From assembly GCA_965603825.1 (NCBI GenBank), contig CBFDEM010000027.1, positions 558,001 through 622,000 on the forward strand: a DNA stretch of 64,000 nt, read 5' to 3'. Positions 13,283-25,978 of the stretch are shown here, piece by piece; position 1 is the stretch's first letter; each line of letters opens with the position of its first letter. The stretch is from Blepharisma stoltei ATCC 30299 (lineage: Eukaryota; Protista; Ciliophora). The translations under genes and the position numbers were made by a program. The notes under the pieces were generated by a model. That model was not told the DNA's origin. It did not search any database and saw only the letters and a program-made list of their open reading frames with translations.

Positions 13283-14399
13283 TTAATCTAACGTTACCCA
13301 TTCCGTATCGTCTGAGATCTCTTCAAATGATTGCATAAAATAATTATTCCTCTCAATCGTAATCAAATTTTGGACTTCGTCAAATTTACACAAATACAAT
13401 TTCCCATCCAAATGGGCTACATAAAATTCATTTTCTCCTCTTCAGCATATTGCTGGGCCAGTTGAAGTCGACTGTTCACATGCCAGCAAAAGCTCAGGTA
13501 TTATTTGGATTTTGGCTACACTTCTTTCGTAATCAAAATAAGAAGAAAACCGGCTCATTATTTTTGAGACTGACAAAGACTCTGTGGCCTTTAAATTTCA
13601 TAGGTGTATTGTAGATTTGTTGCTGGCAGCTAACAAATATGCCCCACTAGGACTAAAAGCCATGCTTGATATCAAAGCAGACGAGCTTCCCCTTACAAAA
13701 TTATGAAAGATATCTAACGTTTTGCAGTCAAAAACTCGAATTATGGTCCCATTCGCAACTGAGCAAGCCCCCAAATTTCCAAAGAAGTCGACCATAATAA
13801 ACCCTATTGGGCTATCATACATTAATTTTTCATTGACTTCTCCCTGATAAAAATTTTCAACTCTAATCGTCCCTACCCTTGTATTTAAAGTAGCTAAAAT
13901 AAAATTGTCTTTATCATAAGAAATTGCGCCTACTCCAAACTCGTTATCAAGAGTAGGGATCGATGCCACAGGTTTCAAAGTATTTAGCATGTAAACGTAT
14001 GTCTATATATTTCCTACCAACTTTTCCAGGACGATAACTACCATATCTCGTCTTATGAGCACATTTTTGACAGGTGTTCGAAATCTTATATCGCCTTTAG
14101 CCTTATTGTTATACTCGTCTCAAAAATATAGGTAATTCGGTGGATAATTTGCATTGAGAGAGCTTCCAACCAAGCATAAAAGCTGAGTTGAAAACATAGG
14201 AGCGATTAGAGAAAATCCGCCTATAAATTGTTGATTAGTAGAAATCTCATGTATTGATGATATCGAGGCATCATCAACTTTGACGATTCTAAAGCCTTTA
14301 GAAGTCCCCACAAAGAGCAATGACTATATAGGAAATCACGTTGGTTTGGTTTAAACATAATCGAAGAATCTTATTTCCGCTGTCCTCTAGCAATGACAT
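13283..14399 (-). CDS. ATG18: Atg18/WIPI (PROPPIN) WD40 protein; introns 14324-14339 (16 nt) and 14003-14017 (15 nt); TGA=Trp x3
   Basis: LNQ..LFVGT..GFRI, F-W-DE, RRDMVVIVLE, GTIIRVF, FVRGS (FRRG position), SNKSTIHLW. Confidence 0.85.
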
Positions 14400-14679
14400 G
14401 TATAAAATATTTTTAAATAAATCCAGGGATGAGAAAAGGACTCTAAATTACAAGGGGACGCTATCAATATAAGTCTTAATGAATTAATTAAAATTTCTTC
14501 AAGCAATTTCTGGCTTATTTATACTATACTTAATATAGATTCAAAAACAAATTTTGCCGAATAATATCATAGGGAATTATTTTTACAAATTCAATTTGTA
14601 AATATCAGAACTATTGCGAATTTTGAAATGAATTATGACCATTTTTTAGCTACATTTTTAAGATTAATAAATAATTTAA

Positions 14680-16299
14680 ATGAAATTTACCGATGTACTG
14701 TTTCTATTTCTTATCGGATTTTCGGTAGGGCTTGAATACACATCGTGCCACACTGTTACTTGTGGAACAGGGATTACCTCATCAGAATGTATCTCTATCT
14801 CCTCATCAGATGGAAAGGTGACAGTTACCCCCTGCACAACTGGTCTACAGTGTCAAGATAATGGACAATTTACGTCAACAACAGGGGGCTGGAATTCATC
14901 AAATTGCACAACAGCCATATCCCAAAACAGCACGACCAGCTTGATTAGGCAATCGGCAGCAGGCTACCCTTGCAGCTCTAACTCAGATTGTGCTAGCAAC
15001 ACTTGTCAGAATGGAATTTGCCAAGGAATTCCGGAAGGGCAAAATTGCACACTAGACGACGAGTGTCAGCCCAATCATTATTGCTATATTCAAAGCACAA
15101 ACCAGACCTCAAATAATGACTCCAGCTCAAATAACTCTACATCAGGCAATACATCAAATGGTACAAATGGAACAGGCACAAATGCAAGTACTGGCGGAAA
15201 TACAACTAATTCCACTGGTTCATCAAATTCCACTAATCAAACGAGTAGCAATGGAACTTCTACAAATAGTTCAAGTGAGAATGCTACAAATAGCACAAGT
15301 GGTGGGGTCACTCCTTCTAATAATACAAATAGCTCGACAAGTTCTAATACGACAGCTTCTAATACGACAACTTCTAATACGACAACTTCTAATACGACAA
15401 CGTCTAATACTACGACTTCTAATACCACAACGTCTAATACGAGCAGCTCAACTAATAATACTGAGTCTAATACAAGTTCTAGCACTAATACAACGACTTC
15501 CAATACTACGACCTCTAATACAAGCTCAGGCAACAATGATACATCTGAAAACTCTAGCAGCGCCAGCAATTCATCAAATTCATCTGGAACAAACAATACC
15601 ACCACAACTAATACAGCAAGGCGACTGCAAACTGAGACCACTGATGCCAGCAACCAAGGTATATGTATGGCTGCAAATCCTGTAGACACTGCCTGTACAT
15701 CTGACACTCAATGTCAAGTCGGCTATGGCTGCAACAATCTTGTCTGCACCAAACTTTTCTCAGTAGCTGTTGGGACTGCTGCTTCCAGTTCAAAATTCTG
15801 TGCAACAAACCTCGTGAGAAATGGAGTCTGTGAAGGCATCGTAATTGTTTCTCAAAATAAAACTCTGAGCAGTCCTTATCAGTGTTCTATCGGCTCTGAT
15901 TGTATATATCAATATAAAACAGATGGAGCTAATTTCACTACAGATCATTGCCAATGTGACGGTACCAGCACATCAGTCGGGTACTGTGGAATGGTCTCAG
16001 GAGTTATCGGGGTTTGGGACCAGGTTTATCCTAAACTTCAATACACAGTCTCAAATTGCTCAGGAACCTTGACACATACAGATGATATCCAAGATCTCAT
16101 AGCTTGTGGGTCTCTTTCTAATGATACTCAATCATACTATAACGAAGCAATTCTAGAAACAAGTGCATGGACTTTATACCAGTCAGGAGCAATTGATAAA
16201 TGCGCTTCTTCTCTTGGTCTGTTTGCACCAAATTCATCTAATGACGCAAGCTCAGCTTTTGTGCTTGTTTTGTCAGCAGTTTTCTTGGTTTTCATTTAA
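14680..16299 (+). CDS. Secreted Cys-rich surface protein with Ser/Thr/Asn-rich mucin-like insert, probable GPI anchor
   Basis: N-terminal signal peptide, repeated C-x4-5-C modules, S/T/N tract, RRLQ site, small residues followed by hydrophobic C-terminal tail. Confidence 0.8.
   Translation: MKFTDVLFLFLIGFSVGLEYTSCHTVTCGTGITSSECISISSSDGKVTVTPCTTGLQCQDNGQFTSTTGGWNSSNCTTAISQNSTTSLIRQSAAGYPCSSNSDCASNTCQNGICQGIPEGQNCTLDDECQPNHYCYIQSTNQTSNNDSSSNNSTSGNTSNGTNGTGTNASTGGNTTNSTGSSNSTNQTSSNGTSTNSSSENATNSTSGGVTPSNNTNSSTSSNTTASNTTTSNTTTSNTTTSNTTTSNTTTSNTSSSTNNTESNTSSSTNTTTSNTTTSNTSSGNNDTSENSSSASNSSNSSGTNNTTTTNTARRLQTETTDASNQGICMAANPVDTACTSDTQCQVGYGCNNLVCTKLFSVAVGTAASSSKFCATNLVRNGVCEGIVIVSQNKTLSSPYQCSIGSDCIYQYKTDGANFTTDHCQCDGTSTSVGYCGMVSGVIGVWDQVYPKLQYTVSNCSGTLTHTDDIQDLIACGSLSNDTQSYYNEAILETSAWTLYQSGAIDKCASSLGLFAPNSSNDASSAFVLVLSAVFLVFI
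15343..15440 (+). repeat. Coding 15-nt tandem repeat (TCTAATACGACAACT-like; SNTTT)
   Basis: About six imperfect units directly visible. Confidence 0.8.
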
Positions 16300-16447
16300 T
16301 ATGAGAAAAGATTATTCTATAACTTATAAACTCATTTATTAATCAGCTTTCAAAATTATATTATTAATATTATAATCTGCTTCATTTTTCCTATTCAAAA
16401 TAGTTTTTCTCATATTAAAATTTATTCTTACCTTATTAAACAATTAG

Positions 16448-17926
16448 TTAGCATTCATTATCACCCATTATCCTTGGCCATTCCGATCTTTTTTCTATAC
16501 ATTGTATGATCATATGTCTAAAATCATGGTCCAGTAAGACGTAATTTCTTACCGGCTTTTCTGGGAACTCCAGTTCTATACCTTCACTCCTGTTCTTTTC
16601 TGTTATAAATTTGCAAGCATGCTTATATTTTTCTAACTCAACCAAAAATTCATTAAGCCTTTCTTTTAATTTCATTTTTATATAGAATTCTTTTACTTCA
16701 TCAGGGATTGTTGAGTTTCCTAAAATAGCTTTCTGCTCAATAGGTTTATGAAGCTCATCTTTGCTATACTTTCTCATCTTAACTAGCTGCTCTCTATGCA
16801 TTTTATATTCAACTTTATTTCATATTGTTTTTCTGATGATCATGCTTGTTTTCTTTTCTATATGCATATGCTTCCATGTTCTCTGTATAAAGATCAGCCT
16901 GTTTCTTCATCATGCCATCAACTGAAAAAGTGTGTCTGACATCAAAGTCCTCTCAAAAACGTCTGTAATTCTGTTTTTATATGCAACTTTAATATGCTTC
17001 AAGTGAATATGAATAGGTTTTGATAAAATTTGCAATTTCTTAACAGCTAAATTTGACCTTGCTCTTTGAGCAAGGATTTTAAATTTCCCGATACTTTTAC
17101 ACATAATAAAAAGCATTTTCAGTACTTTTTGTGACCTAGCATGCAAATCTTTTCGATATTTGATCTTATAAGTAGCTTCTGTATTCCAAGAAGCTACAAT
17201 TAATAAAATGCACCAAGCTTTCACAATATGCGAAACCTGGGCTCTTTTTACTTTCATTATAAGTCTCCTTTGTTTATCTTCAATTTTGCTTTGTATTTCA
17301 ATTTTTTTTTGAAAAAGTAGAAATTCTTTTTTCCTTTTCGCTTGGCAGATGCGGGCAGCTTCAACTTCTGACTTGATTTTGCTAAGATATAGCCTATTTG
17401 AAAGCTTGTGCTGAAGCATATTTTTATTATGTTTCAAAATATCTGTGGCAGACTTGGATTTATCTTGAGACGCATAAAGTCCAAGAGATTCTGGTCTTCG
17501 AAATCGACAAGTTGTGCTGAACTGAAAAGATGTTCCTCCGAGTGTGCTTAATCCGATATTATAATATCCAGGACCTAATCTAGGGCCTGCACAATCTACA
17601 GTAAGATTAGCTCTTCCATAATCAAAAGAAGCTTGATATTCATTTAGTAGTCTTTCGATTTCATTTCGGCTCTTTATAAAAATTACGATTTTTCTACTAG
17701 ATTCTGGAAGCCTTGAAGTTAATCCTGAATAATTTGTAGACTTTGGAGTTCTTTCTGATTGAATATTGTGCAATTCAGAAATGTTTCCATGGTCAATTAT
17801 ATTTTCCAGACTTATTGGATTTTTTGGTGTGGATACTTGTTCTTTTGAGTCTTGCTGAGGATCGTCTGTGACTGTGATGTATGACAAAGGTATAGCAGGT
17901 AGTAATCCTTGTCTTTCAGATTTCAT
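16448..17926 (-). CDS. Uncharacterised basic protein with IQ-like motif
   Basis: ORFs 16910..17926 and 16448..16801 joined in frame via TGA codons; linker encodes IQRTWK. Confidence 0.65.
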
Positions 17927-18045
17927 TAAATAGAATTATTTTCAAGCATTAACTATTTTTTTTCATTAAAGTAGATATATAATTTAGCATTTTGGTAATT
18001 TCTGTTTTAATTATGTTAAACATTAATAAAGTAAAAAGAGTGAAT

Positions 18046-19068
18046 TTAACTCAAACTAGTCGCAGAGCCTTTTGCGTATACAAGTCTCTCAAGCTTTGCT
18101 ATTCTTTCTCTATATCTCTTATTTTTCTTCATTTCTTTAGCAATGTCACTTTCATACTTGCTGATGCTTTTACTAAGCAGATTAGTTTCCTGCTTTGCAG
18201 CATCTCTTGCAGGGACAATTTTGCTTACCTCATATTCATGCTCTTCAAGCTTTTTTTGAGAATCAAACAAAGAATCCTTTAGACTGTGCAAATCATTATC
18301 AGTTTCTTGCTTTCTCAATTCAAATTCTCTCCTTAAATGGCTTATTTCATATTCCAAGTTTTGAATCATCCTTTCTTTAGCGTCCAATTTTTTCTCAATT
18401 TCTTTAGCTTCATTGCTTTTTTCCTTTTTAAAGTTATCTATTTCTTTTACATGCTTTTCTTTTAGCTTTTCTAGGGTGTCTTGAAGTCTACCAATTTCAT
18501 TTTTATGGACGTCAGAGATTTTTTCTTTTAAAAAATCAAGCTCACTTGTTAATTCTTGTTTTTTGTCTTGCAGCTCTTTGATTTCGTCTTCTTGTTTTAG
18601 CTTGAGTGAGTTCATTTCTTTTTTCTTGGATTCTAACAAGTAGCCTTCTTGCTCAGCTTTTATTTTTAGCTCATTGAGATGGCTTGTAAGCTCTTCAATA
18701 TCTTGGGATTTTTGAGATCTTACTTCGTCGAACTTTCTCTGGTATTCTTTTCTGATTTTTTCTGCTTCGTTAGATTGCTTTTTGATTCGGTTTTCAATTG
18801 ATTCTCTAGTTTTCGCGATTTGTCGCTTTAAATCGTCAACTTGTAGCTCATGTTTTGTTTCTTGTTCTTTTAATTTAGATCTTAAAAACGAAATTTCTTG
18901 ATCGTGCTTTCTTTCGATCTCTGCTACATACTCTCCAGGATTCATTACTGGATCAGCTCTGCGGCCAGACCTTAAAATATCTTCATTTGTGAAATATTCT
19001 CTTGAGCTTTCAGGTCGAAATGTATAGAGATTGGATAATCCGCTTGAATACTGGTAAGGAAAAGTCAT
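18046..19068 (-). CDS. Coiled-coil protein
   Basis: 340-aa E/K/Q-rich heptad ORF, ATG to TAA. Confidence 0.75.
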   Translation of the reverse strand: MTFPYQYSSGLSNLYTFRPESSREYFTNEDILRSGRRADPVMNPGEYVAEIERKHDQEISFLRSKLKEQETKHELQVDDLKRQIAKTRESIENRIKKQSNEAEKIRKEYQRKFDEVRSQKSQDIEELTSHLNELKIKAEQEGYLLESKKKEMNSLKLKQEDEIKELQDKKQELTSELDFLKEKISDVHKNEIGRLQDTLEKLKEKHVKEIDNFKKEKSNEAKEIEKKLDAKERMIQNLEYEISHLRREFELRKQETDNDLHSLKDSLFDSQKKLEEHEYEVSKIVPARDAAKQETNLLSKSISKYESDIAKEMKKNKRYRERIAKLERLVYAKGSATSLS

Positions 19069-19240
19069 TGTTTATTTTAAATTATTTTTGTATTAAACGT
19101 ATGAATTATTGTATTTCTTTAGAGGCAACAAATAAATATAACATTTCGACATGCAAAAACAAGCTATTAGTAGATATATAATTATTTAGAAGTCTAATTG
19201 CAAAACGGATAATTATTTAGTTTGTATTTGTATTAGGAAG

Positions 19241-19816
19241 TTATGATGTCCCTTTCAGCATTGTAACAAGCCTAAATAATTTTTACCAGTCAAACCCTTC
19301 AGAAATCCCTTCACCTTTTTTAGCACTTGCAGCACAAATTCTCCACTGTCGATTTCTAATTGTATGAAGCCCTAATCTGTCACTGACTTCAGCCTCTTTC
19401 ATTGCGTTAGGCATATCTTGTTTATTTGCAAAAACCAATAATGGGCATCCTGCCAAATCTTCTTCTTGTAGCATTGACAGCATTTCTTGTTTACTAATAT
19501 CAATTCTATCTCTATCTACGCTGTCAACAACATAGACAATTGCATTTGTGTTAGGATAATAACAGCGCCAATAAGGTCTTATTGTCCCTTGACCTCCTAG
19601 ATCCCAGACTTGAAGCTTAAGGTTGTTATATTGAACTGTTTCTACATTGAATCCAATAGCTAATTAAAAATTACTTGGAACTGTCTCTATGACTTGATTT
19701 AGTTGAAGCTTGTAGAGAAGAGTTGTTTTTCCAGCGTTATCAAGGCCCAATATCAAAATTCGTATTTCACTGCTCCCAAAAAGCGAAGAAAAGATGCGAG
19801 AAAAAAGCATGCCCAT
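19241..19816 (-). CDS. ARL1: ADP-ribosylation factor-like GTPase Arl1; 15-nt introns 19660-19674 and 19272-19286
   Basis: MG myristoylation start, [19 protein letters not shown] (spanning intron), [19 protein letters not shown]. Confidence 0.92.
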
Positions 19817-20063
19817 TTTCCTTGTTGGAATTATTACAAATATAGGCTCTGTGTTTGAGAATTTTTTAACTTAGAAATTTATGAATACCATTAAAATAAG
19901 GCTAATAAACAATTTTTATTCAGTTTACAACCTATAAACCGTTTTCTTCGCACAATTTAGAAATTTGCATAACGGGCTGAAACATATCAATGTAAAAACA
20001 TATTATTTTGCCAATTAAAAACTGTTCAGTCATTTATAATTCATTAGGACTATTAAAAGTTAA

Positions 20064-20915
20064 ATGGACACCCAGCTTGAAGAAATCAAACAGCTTTTTA
20101 GAGATGACAGACTAATTCTTGCTCACAAAAAACTAACTGAGCTAGGTAATTTTAAAATAGAAGCAGAACTTTCAACTGAAGAAAAGCTTTCGGTTTCTCA
20201 AATATCTGAAATTAGTGTTATTAAAGAAGATCTTCGCTTAGCAAACCTACTATTAGAGCTCTTGGGGGACTTAGAATCATGAGAACTTGTGGCTCAAGAC
20301 GAAGATATTGCTACTTTTTCCAAAAATACGACATCCGAAGTGATAGTTCGTGGAGAAATGCTTTTGCACACTCCTATAACTCCTTTACTAGCCTTGTTTT
20401 CTGAGTGCGATTTATTGAAAAACTGGGTACCTATCCTCAAAGACGCAAAGTGTTTGGGACGGCCTAGCATTTTCAGAAGAATAATCCACTATTTTTTTGA
20501 TTTGCCCTGACCAGTAACGAATCGTGACATGGTCGTAAGTGCTGTAGGCATCCCTATCCCTGAAAATAGCTCAACCCTAATGATTCTAAGAAGTATTGAT
20601 GAATATTCAAGCTTTTTAGATATTAATATCCCCACTTCTGAAGGTGTCAGAATCACAATGAACTATGCATGTTTAAACATAACCTATATAAGTCCTAACG
20701 AATCACAAATTTCATTGATCGCAAGATGTGACCCGCACATGTCTTTAATCCCGACTTTTTTAGTAAATTATGTGACTAAGCACGGAATACTATACTTTTT
20801 GCAGTCTGTCAGAGAGCAATGCCAACAGTATGAAGGGAGCGTCCATCAAGAATACGTTAATGCAAACCCTGGATATTACGAAGAAGTTATGAAAAGAATT
20901 AACGTTGAAACCTAA
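20064..20915 (+). CDS. START (lipid-transfer) domain protein; probable intron 20146-20160; TGA=Trp x2
   Basis: Three in-frame ORF pieces; TGA at 20508-20510 gives LP-W-PVTNRD START motif; DP..IP..LVN near C-terminus. Confidence 0.8.
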
Positions 20916-20916
20916 T

Positions 20917-23625
20917 TTAAAAGTCTTCATCCCAATTTGATGGAGGAGCTTTCACACTTTTTCTTAAAATTTCATGGTGTTCAGCGCTTTCTTCTTTCTA
21001 AATAGAAATTACTCTGATAAAATTTATAAGTTTTTTGTTTTTTTGGATACCTCTTTCGATATCTGTGGCTAGGTTTTCTAATTTAGGTACATGTGGGGGC
21101 TTGATTTGTTTGCCTATAAGTTTGTCCCAATTGATGTTTTGAAACCATGGAAGGGCTTTAATGGACTCAACCGTTCCTCTCATAGCTGGATTTTTATTCA
21201 ATAAATGCTCAATAATAGGGGCTGCCTTTAGTTTAAAGCCTACACATTTAGGATAAGCTAGTTTTCTTTCTAAAACTTTTTCGTAGACTCTATAAGGATC
21301 CTCTTCTTCTTCTCCAAAAGGAACACCTCCACATAAGAATTCATAGATCATTATTCCTACACTCCAGTAATCAGATGACAGCCCATATCCTTTTCCACTG
21401 ATTACTTCTGGGGCCATATAATGAGGAGTCCCGACTACAGTATAAGTCCTTCCTTCTACAATTTTTGTTGTCCCAAAGTCAATCATTTTTGGATACCCTT
21501 CCTCGTCAACCATAATGTTTTCAGGTTTTAAATCTCGGTGAATAATTCGCCGCTCATGCAGATGTTCAAGCATAAGGAAGATGCAAGCTGAATAAAATTT
21601 TGCATCGTCGTCTGTTAATAGATTTAACACCCTGAGTACATCAAAAAGGTCTTTTCCTCTGACATATTCCATGAGAAAGTAGACTCTTTCTTCATCTTTA
21701 AAGGTTTTTACCAGCTTCATTATTAAAGGATGATCAATTTGAAGGAGAATTTTTCGTTCTGATACCAAGTCGTCAGAAATGCCAAACGCAGAAACTTTGG
21801 CTCTGGAAACTGTTTTAATTGCATATGGCATTCCTGTTTTTTTGTTGATCGTTAAAAATACATTGCCAAACATCCCTTTTCCGAGGACCTTAATAGGGCA
21901 TAAATCAGCTAAAGCTACTGAGTCATCTTGCAAATTGATCCTTTTTATGAGCTGGTTTCTGATGCCTTCATCAATCATTCCTAGAAAATTATGTTTTTCT
22001 AAAACCCAGCACGAAACATTTTTCCCATGTGCTATAACTGAAGCAGTCCTTCGTTCATTTGATATCATTGATCTTTCTCCAAAGAAGTCGCTTCTTGTAA
22101 TCGTCCTTATATGGATTCCATCCTTAACAATATCAACTTGTCCTTCTTTGACAATATAAAAGTCATCGCCTTCATCATTTTGGTTAAAAATCGGTTCTTG
22201 GTTTTCAAAATGCCTCACTTTAATTTTAGATGCCAAAGCTTCTAATTTATTCATAGATAGCGATCTTAGTAGCTGAACTTTTCGTAAGATTGATAAAACT
22301 TCGTTTTGAGACGCAATATTTGATAAAGAGCCTCCTATACATTCTTCTAGATCAAGCCAAGAAATTTCAGCGATATCTGATTTTCCGACACATTTAAACT
22401 CAGAATCATACTTCTTTTTTGATGAATGATGACTATCTTCGTCTCCTATGCATTCGAAAACGTTTACTATTCTAGACTTATCTTCTGAAATTAGACATCC
22501 TTTTAATACCATCCAGATTTTTTGTTGTTTAGGAAAATTTCTTTGTATGACTACTTGGCCATCTGTATAAGTGCAGATTTGCATTTTTTCAATAACCAGC
22601 TCGATCTGAGACTTCGTAAGGATTTTTAGTGTCCTTGAATTTTCAATAGAAATTCTTTGCGAATTTCTATAGATAATACCTTGCAGCTGGTTTCCCAAAA
22701 CTCTTGTTAAATCTTCTCTGCCTAAAGATAAAACAGTGACTGCAGAGATTGCAGTAACAGTAGCTGTTCTTTGTGTATTATAAAGCAATGCTTGCTCTCC
22801 AAAAAACTCCCCATGAGATAATTGTCTGATTTCTTTTCCTTTTACAGTGCAGCAAACTGTGCCTTTTTTAATTATGTATAAAAGATCACCTGGGTCACCT
22901 TCTATTACAATTTTTTGCCCATGTAGAAATTCTTGAGAAATCACCACTGATAGCAGCAAGTCTTTTTGTTGTGGAGTTAAAAGACTTAAAATGGGCACAC
23001 TGTCAATAAACTGCTTATTTTCTTTGTATTTATTTGAATTTACTTTTTCAATTGCCGTTCTGAATTCTTGCCTACCAATTCCCCACAAAGTGACTCTGTC
23101 AATCGTCTTAATTGTTGCTGTCCTTTCGCTATTGTGCAGCAGCGCGAGCTCTCCGAAGCATTTTCCTTTTGTTAAAATTCCTTTAGTTTCACCATTCACA
23201 ATTACTTCGACTTTTCCAGAAGAAATTATAAAAAAATTATTCCCGTGGTCTCCCTGGTTGAAGATGGCTTGTTTAGGGTGTAATAAATAAAACTTCATTT
23301 GGTCGATTACTAATGAAACATTTTCGTGTGAAAGGGAATTAAAAAGGGAATGGGACAGAAGAATTTTTTCGAGCTCGTTTTTATCTTTTTTGGTTTTTGG
23401 ACGATCTAAGATTTCGGCTGTAGGAGCATCTGAGTCTTCGAAATTTTGATTTCGTGCATCTGCGATAGGTCCTTTGGTTTTAATTGCTTTTCTTGGATTT
23501 TGGCAGCTTTTTATTTCTTCGTCAGTGGATTGAGGATATGCAAATGTCCCTAAGCTGTCATTTGAAATTTTAGAATGGTTATGCTTATGTTTGGAAGACC
23601 CTGAGGATTTTACACAATTTCCCAT
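20917..23625 (-). CDS. PKG: cGMP-dependent protein kinase, alveolate type (MGxC acylated N-terminus, four cNMP domains); intron 20998-21012
   Basis: FGELALL..RTAT / FGEQALL..RTAT / FGERSMI..RTAS cGMP cassettes, kinase GKGMFG, HRDLKPEN, DFG, GTPHYMAPE; splicing yields the typical WDEDF C-terminus. Confidence 0.93.
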
Positions 23626-24013
23626 AACTAGTTTGTTTTTTAATATAAAATATTATGACTTACTTAATAAAGTCAAAAATTTAATATTAATTAAAAAATC
23701 ATCTATTTTATTATTTAAACTCAGCTTAGTCTGCAGCTTGAATTTAATTGTTGAATTTTTTGAATTTTACACTCCATTCATTTTTCTGCACTATTCATTT
23801 TTTATGCACAAGATATAGCTTATTCTCATCTTTATGGTAATTCAAATTTCAACAATTAAAAATTTAAATAATTATCATCACTGGATTTATTAAATTTTGT
23901 TTAATATAAAAATATATCTTTATTTTAGAAATAAATATTATTTTAAAATTATTAAAGCATTAAACTATAATTTTTGTATAATTTTCATAAAGATCATAAG
24001 GACAAAAATTTAG

Positions 24014-24346
24014 TTATGAGATTTGATTTCCAAAATTTGGAGTTTTAGGTTTTGCTTGAGGAGATAAAAATAAAAAGTCAGAATTTGTCATAGCTCGCTC
24101 AGCATATCGTGAAAAATTATTTTTAGTTTCATCCTGATTAGTATATTTAACATCATTTTCAAAATTTCCTACACTGCTTTTATTGTTCTCATTTTCTATG
24201 CAGGATTGTGAGTCTTGATCTAATAGAGGTCTCTCATCATAAAGCTGATTTTTACTTGACACAAATTGTTCTGAAAATTTCAATTGAGCTATGATGAATT
24301 CTCCTTTTTCGTGATTATATTGGCAACAACCCATAGAAGCTCCCAT
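24014..24346 (-). CDS. Small putatively acylated protein (MGxxxGCC)
   Basis: 110-aa ATG-TAA ORF flanked by AT-rich spacers. Confidence 0.55.
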   Translation of the reverse strand: MGASMGCCQYNHEKGEFIIAQLKFSEQFVSSKNQLYDERPLLDQDSQSCIENENNKSSVGNFENDVKYTNQDETKNNFSRYAERAMTNSDFLFLSPQAKPKTPNFGNQIS

Positions 24347-24644
24347 TTCTGTGCTATTTATTTATATTTAAAATTCTAATAATTATTATAATAAGCCAAG
24401 CTGAAGCCCTGATAATCTCTGATAAAAAATTCACTTTGGAAAAAGCTATATTAATTTTGCTTGGCAAAGCTAGCATTTATTCTTTTTAAGGTTTCTTTCA
24501 AAAGAAATCCTATGCATGCAATTTTAAAGATTCATTATTAGATAGAATTATTTGAAATAAACTGCATTCGAAGAAGTTTAATATTTTCCTAAAACATCTT
24601 ATAAAAGTGTCTGGCCTGACCTATTCGTGAATTATAATTTTAAA

Positions 24645-25978
24645 GTGAGAGAAATAATATCAATTCATATTGGCCAAGCTGGTATTCAAGCTGGAAATGG
24701 TTGCTGAGAACTTTTTTGCTTAGAGCATGGAATAAAAAGTGACAGGCAATCTTCAATAAGAGATGTAGAATGTGATGATAAGTTTACTACTCTTTTTGCA
24801 GAGATTCAAGAAAATGAATATGTTCCAAGATCACTCTTTATAGATTTAGAGCCTACAGCCATTAACGAAGTAAAAAGAGGAATAAACGGCAGGCTATTTT
24901 TCCCTGAGCAATTTATTTCTGGTAAAGAAGACGCTGCAAATAACTATGCCAGGGGATATTATAAAGCAGGCAAAACCATTATTGACGAAAGTCTCGATAA
25001 AATACGAAAAATTGCTGAAAATTGTACAGGATTGCAAGGATTCTTTATTTTTGATTCCGTGGGAGGTGGGACTGGATCTGGATTTGGGTCTTTATTGCTT
25101 GAAAAGCTTTCATCCGAATATTCGAAAAAAACTAAATTTAGCCTTGCAATTTATCCTTCTCCAAAGATTTCAACTTCTGTAGTAGAACCTTATAATTCAG
25201 TCCTTGCTACATATAAATTACGTGAATTCGCTGATATGTCTCTCGTACTTCACAATGAAGCAATTTATGACATATGCAATCAAAAATTAGATATTGAGCG
25301 ACCAACCTACACCAATATAAATAAAATAATTGCACAAGTAGTTTCTGGCATGACAGTATCCCTAAGATACTATGATTCCTTAAATGTAGATTTATATGAA
25401 TTTAACAAAAATCTAGTACCATTCCCAAAAGTGCATTTTTTGCTTTCATCTTATGCTCCTTTTCTTTCAACTGTGCGAGCATACCATAAAGACCCATCAG
25501 TTTTTGATATAACAGATTTAGCTTTTGACAGCGCACATATGATGGCAAAATGTGACCCAACAAATGGAAGATATATAGCCTGCAATTTAAAATATATGGG
25601 AGATGTAATACCAAAAGATGCAAACGCAGCAATAATTAAAGCGAGAGAAAAACTTAGGATTCAGTCTGCTGACTGATGATATGTAGGAATAAGATGTGGA
25701 TTTTGTTATAATGCGCAATAGTTTTTCCTGGGGGAAATATGGCAAAAATGGCAAGATCTGTATTCAACATAAGCAATCACTCATCTATCGTTCAATTATT
25801 TTCAAGAATTAATAAAGATTTTGATTTGATGTATACCAAGAAAGCTTTTCTTCATTAGTATCATAAAGAAGGAATGGAGGAGGAAGAATTATATGAAGCC
25901 AGATATGACATGTCTGCTCTTATTAATGATTACAAAGAACTTGAAGAAAATCCAGATGAAGAAGAAGATACTAATTAG
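24645..25978 (+). pseudogene. Divergent alpha-tubulin-like copy 1; GTG at codon 1, 1-nt deletion near 25716-25718, nonsense TAG at 25856-25858
   Basis: (V)REIISIHIGQAG, GGGTGSG; frameshift relative to copies 2/3 and TAG at the conserved AFxH-W-Y Trp. Confidence 0.75.

Noticed and set aside
15116-15808. Alternative-frame ORFs (IRQLL repeats; VVLE repeats)
   Set aside because: Shadows of the SNTTT coding repeat.
25856-25858. TAG at a conserved Trp suggesting UAG reassignment
   Set aside because: Single case in a copy that also has a frameshift; TAG ends several other genes and other in-frame TAGs are intron 3' ends.
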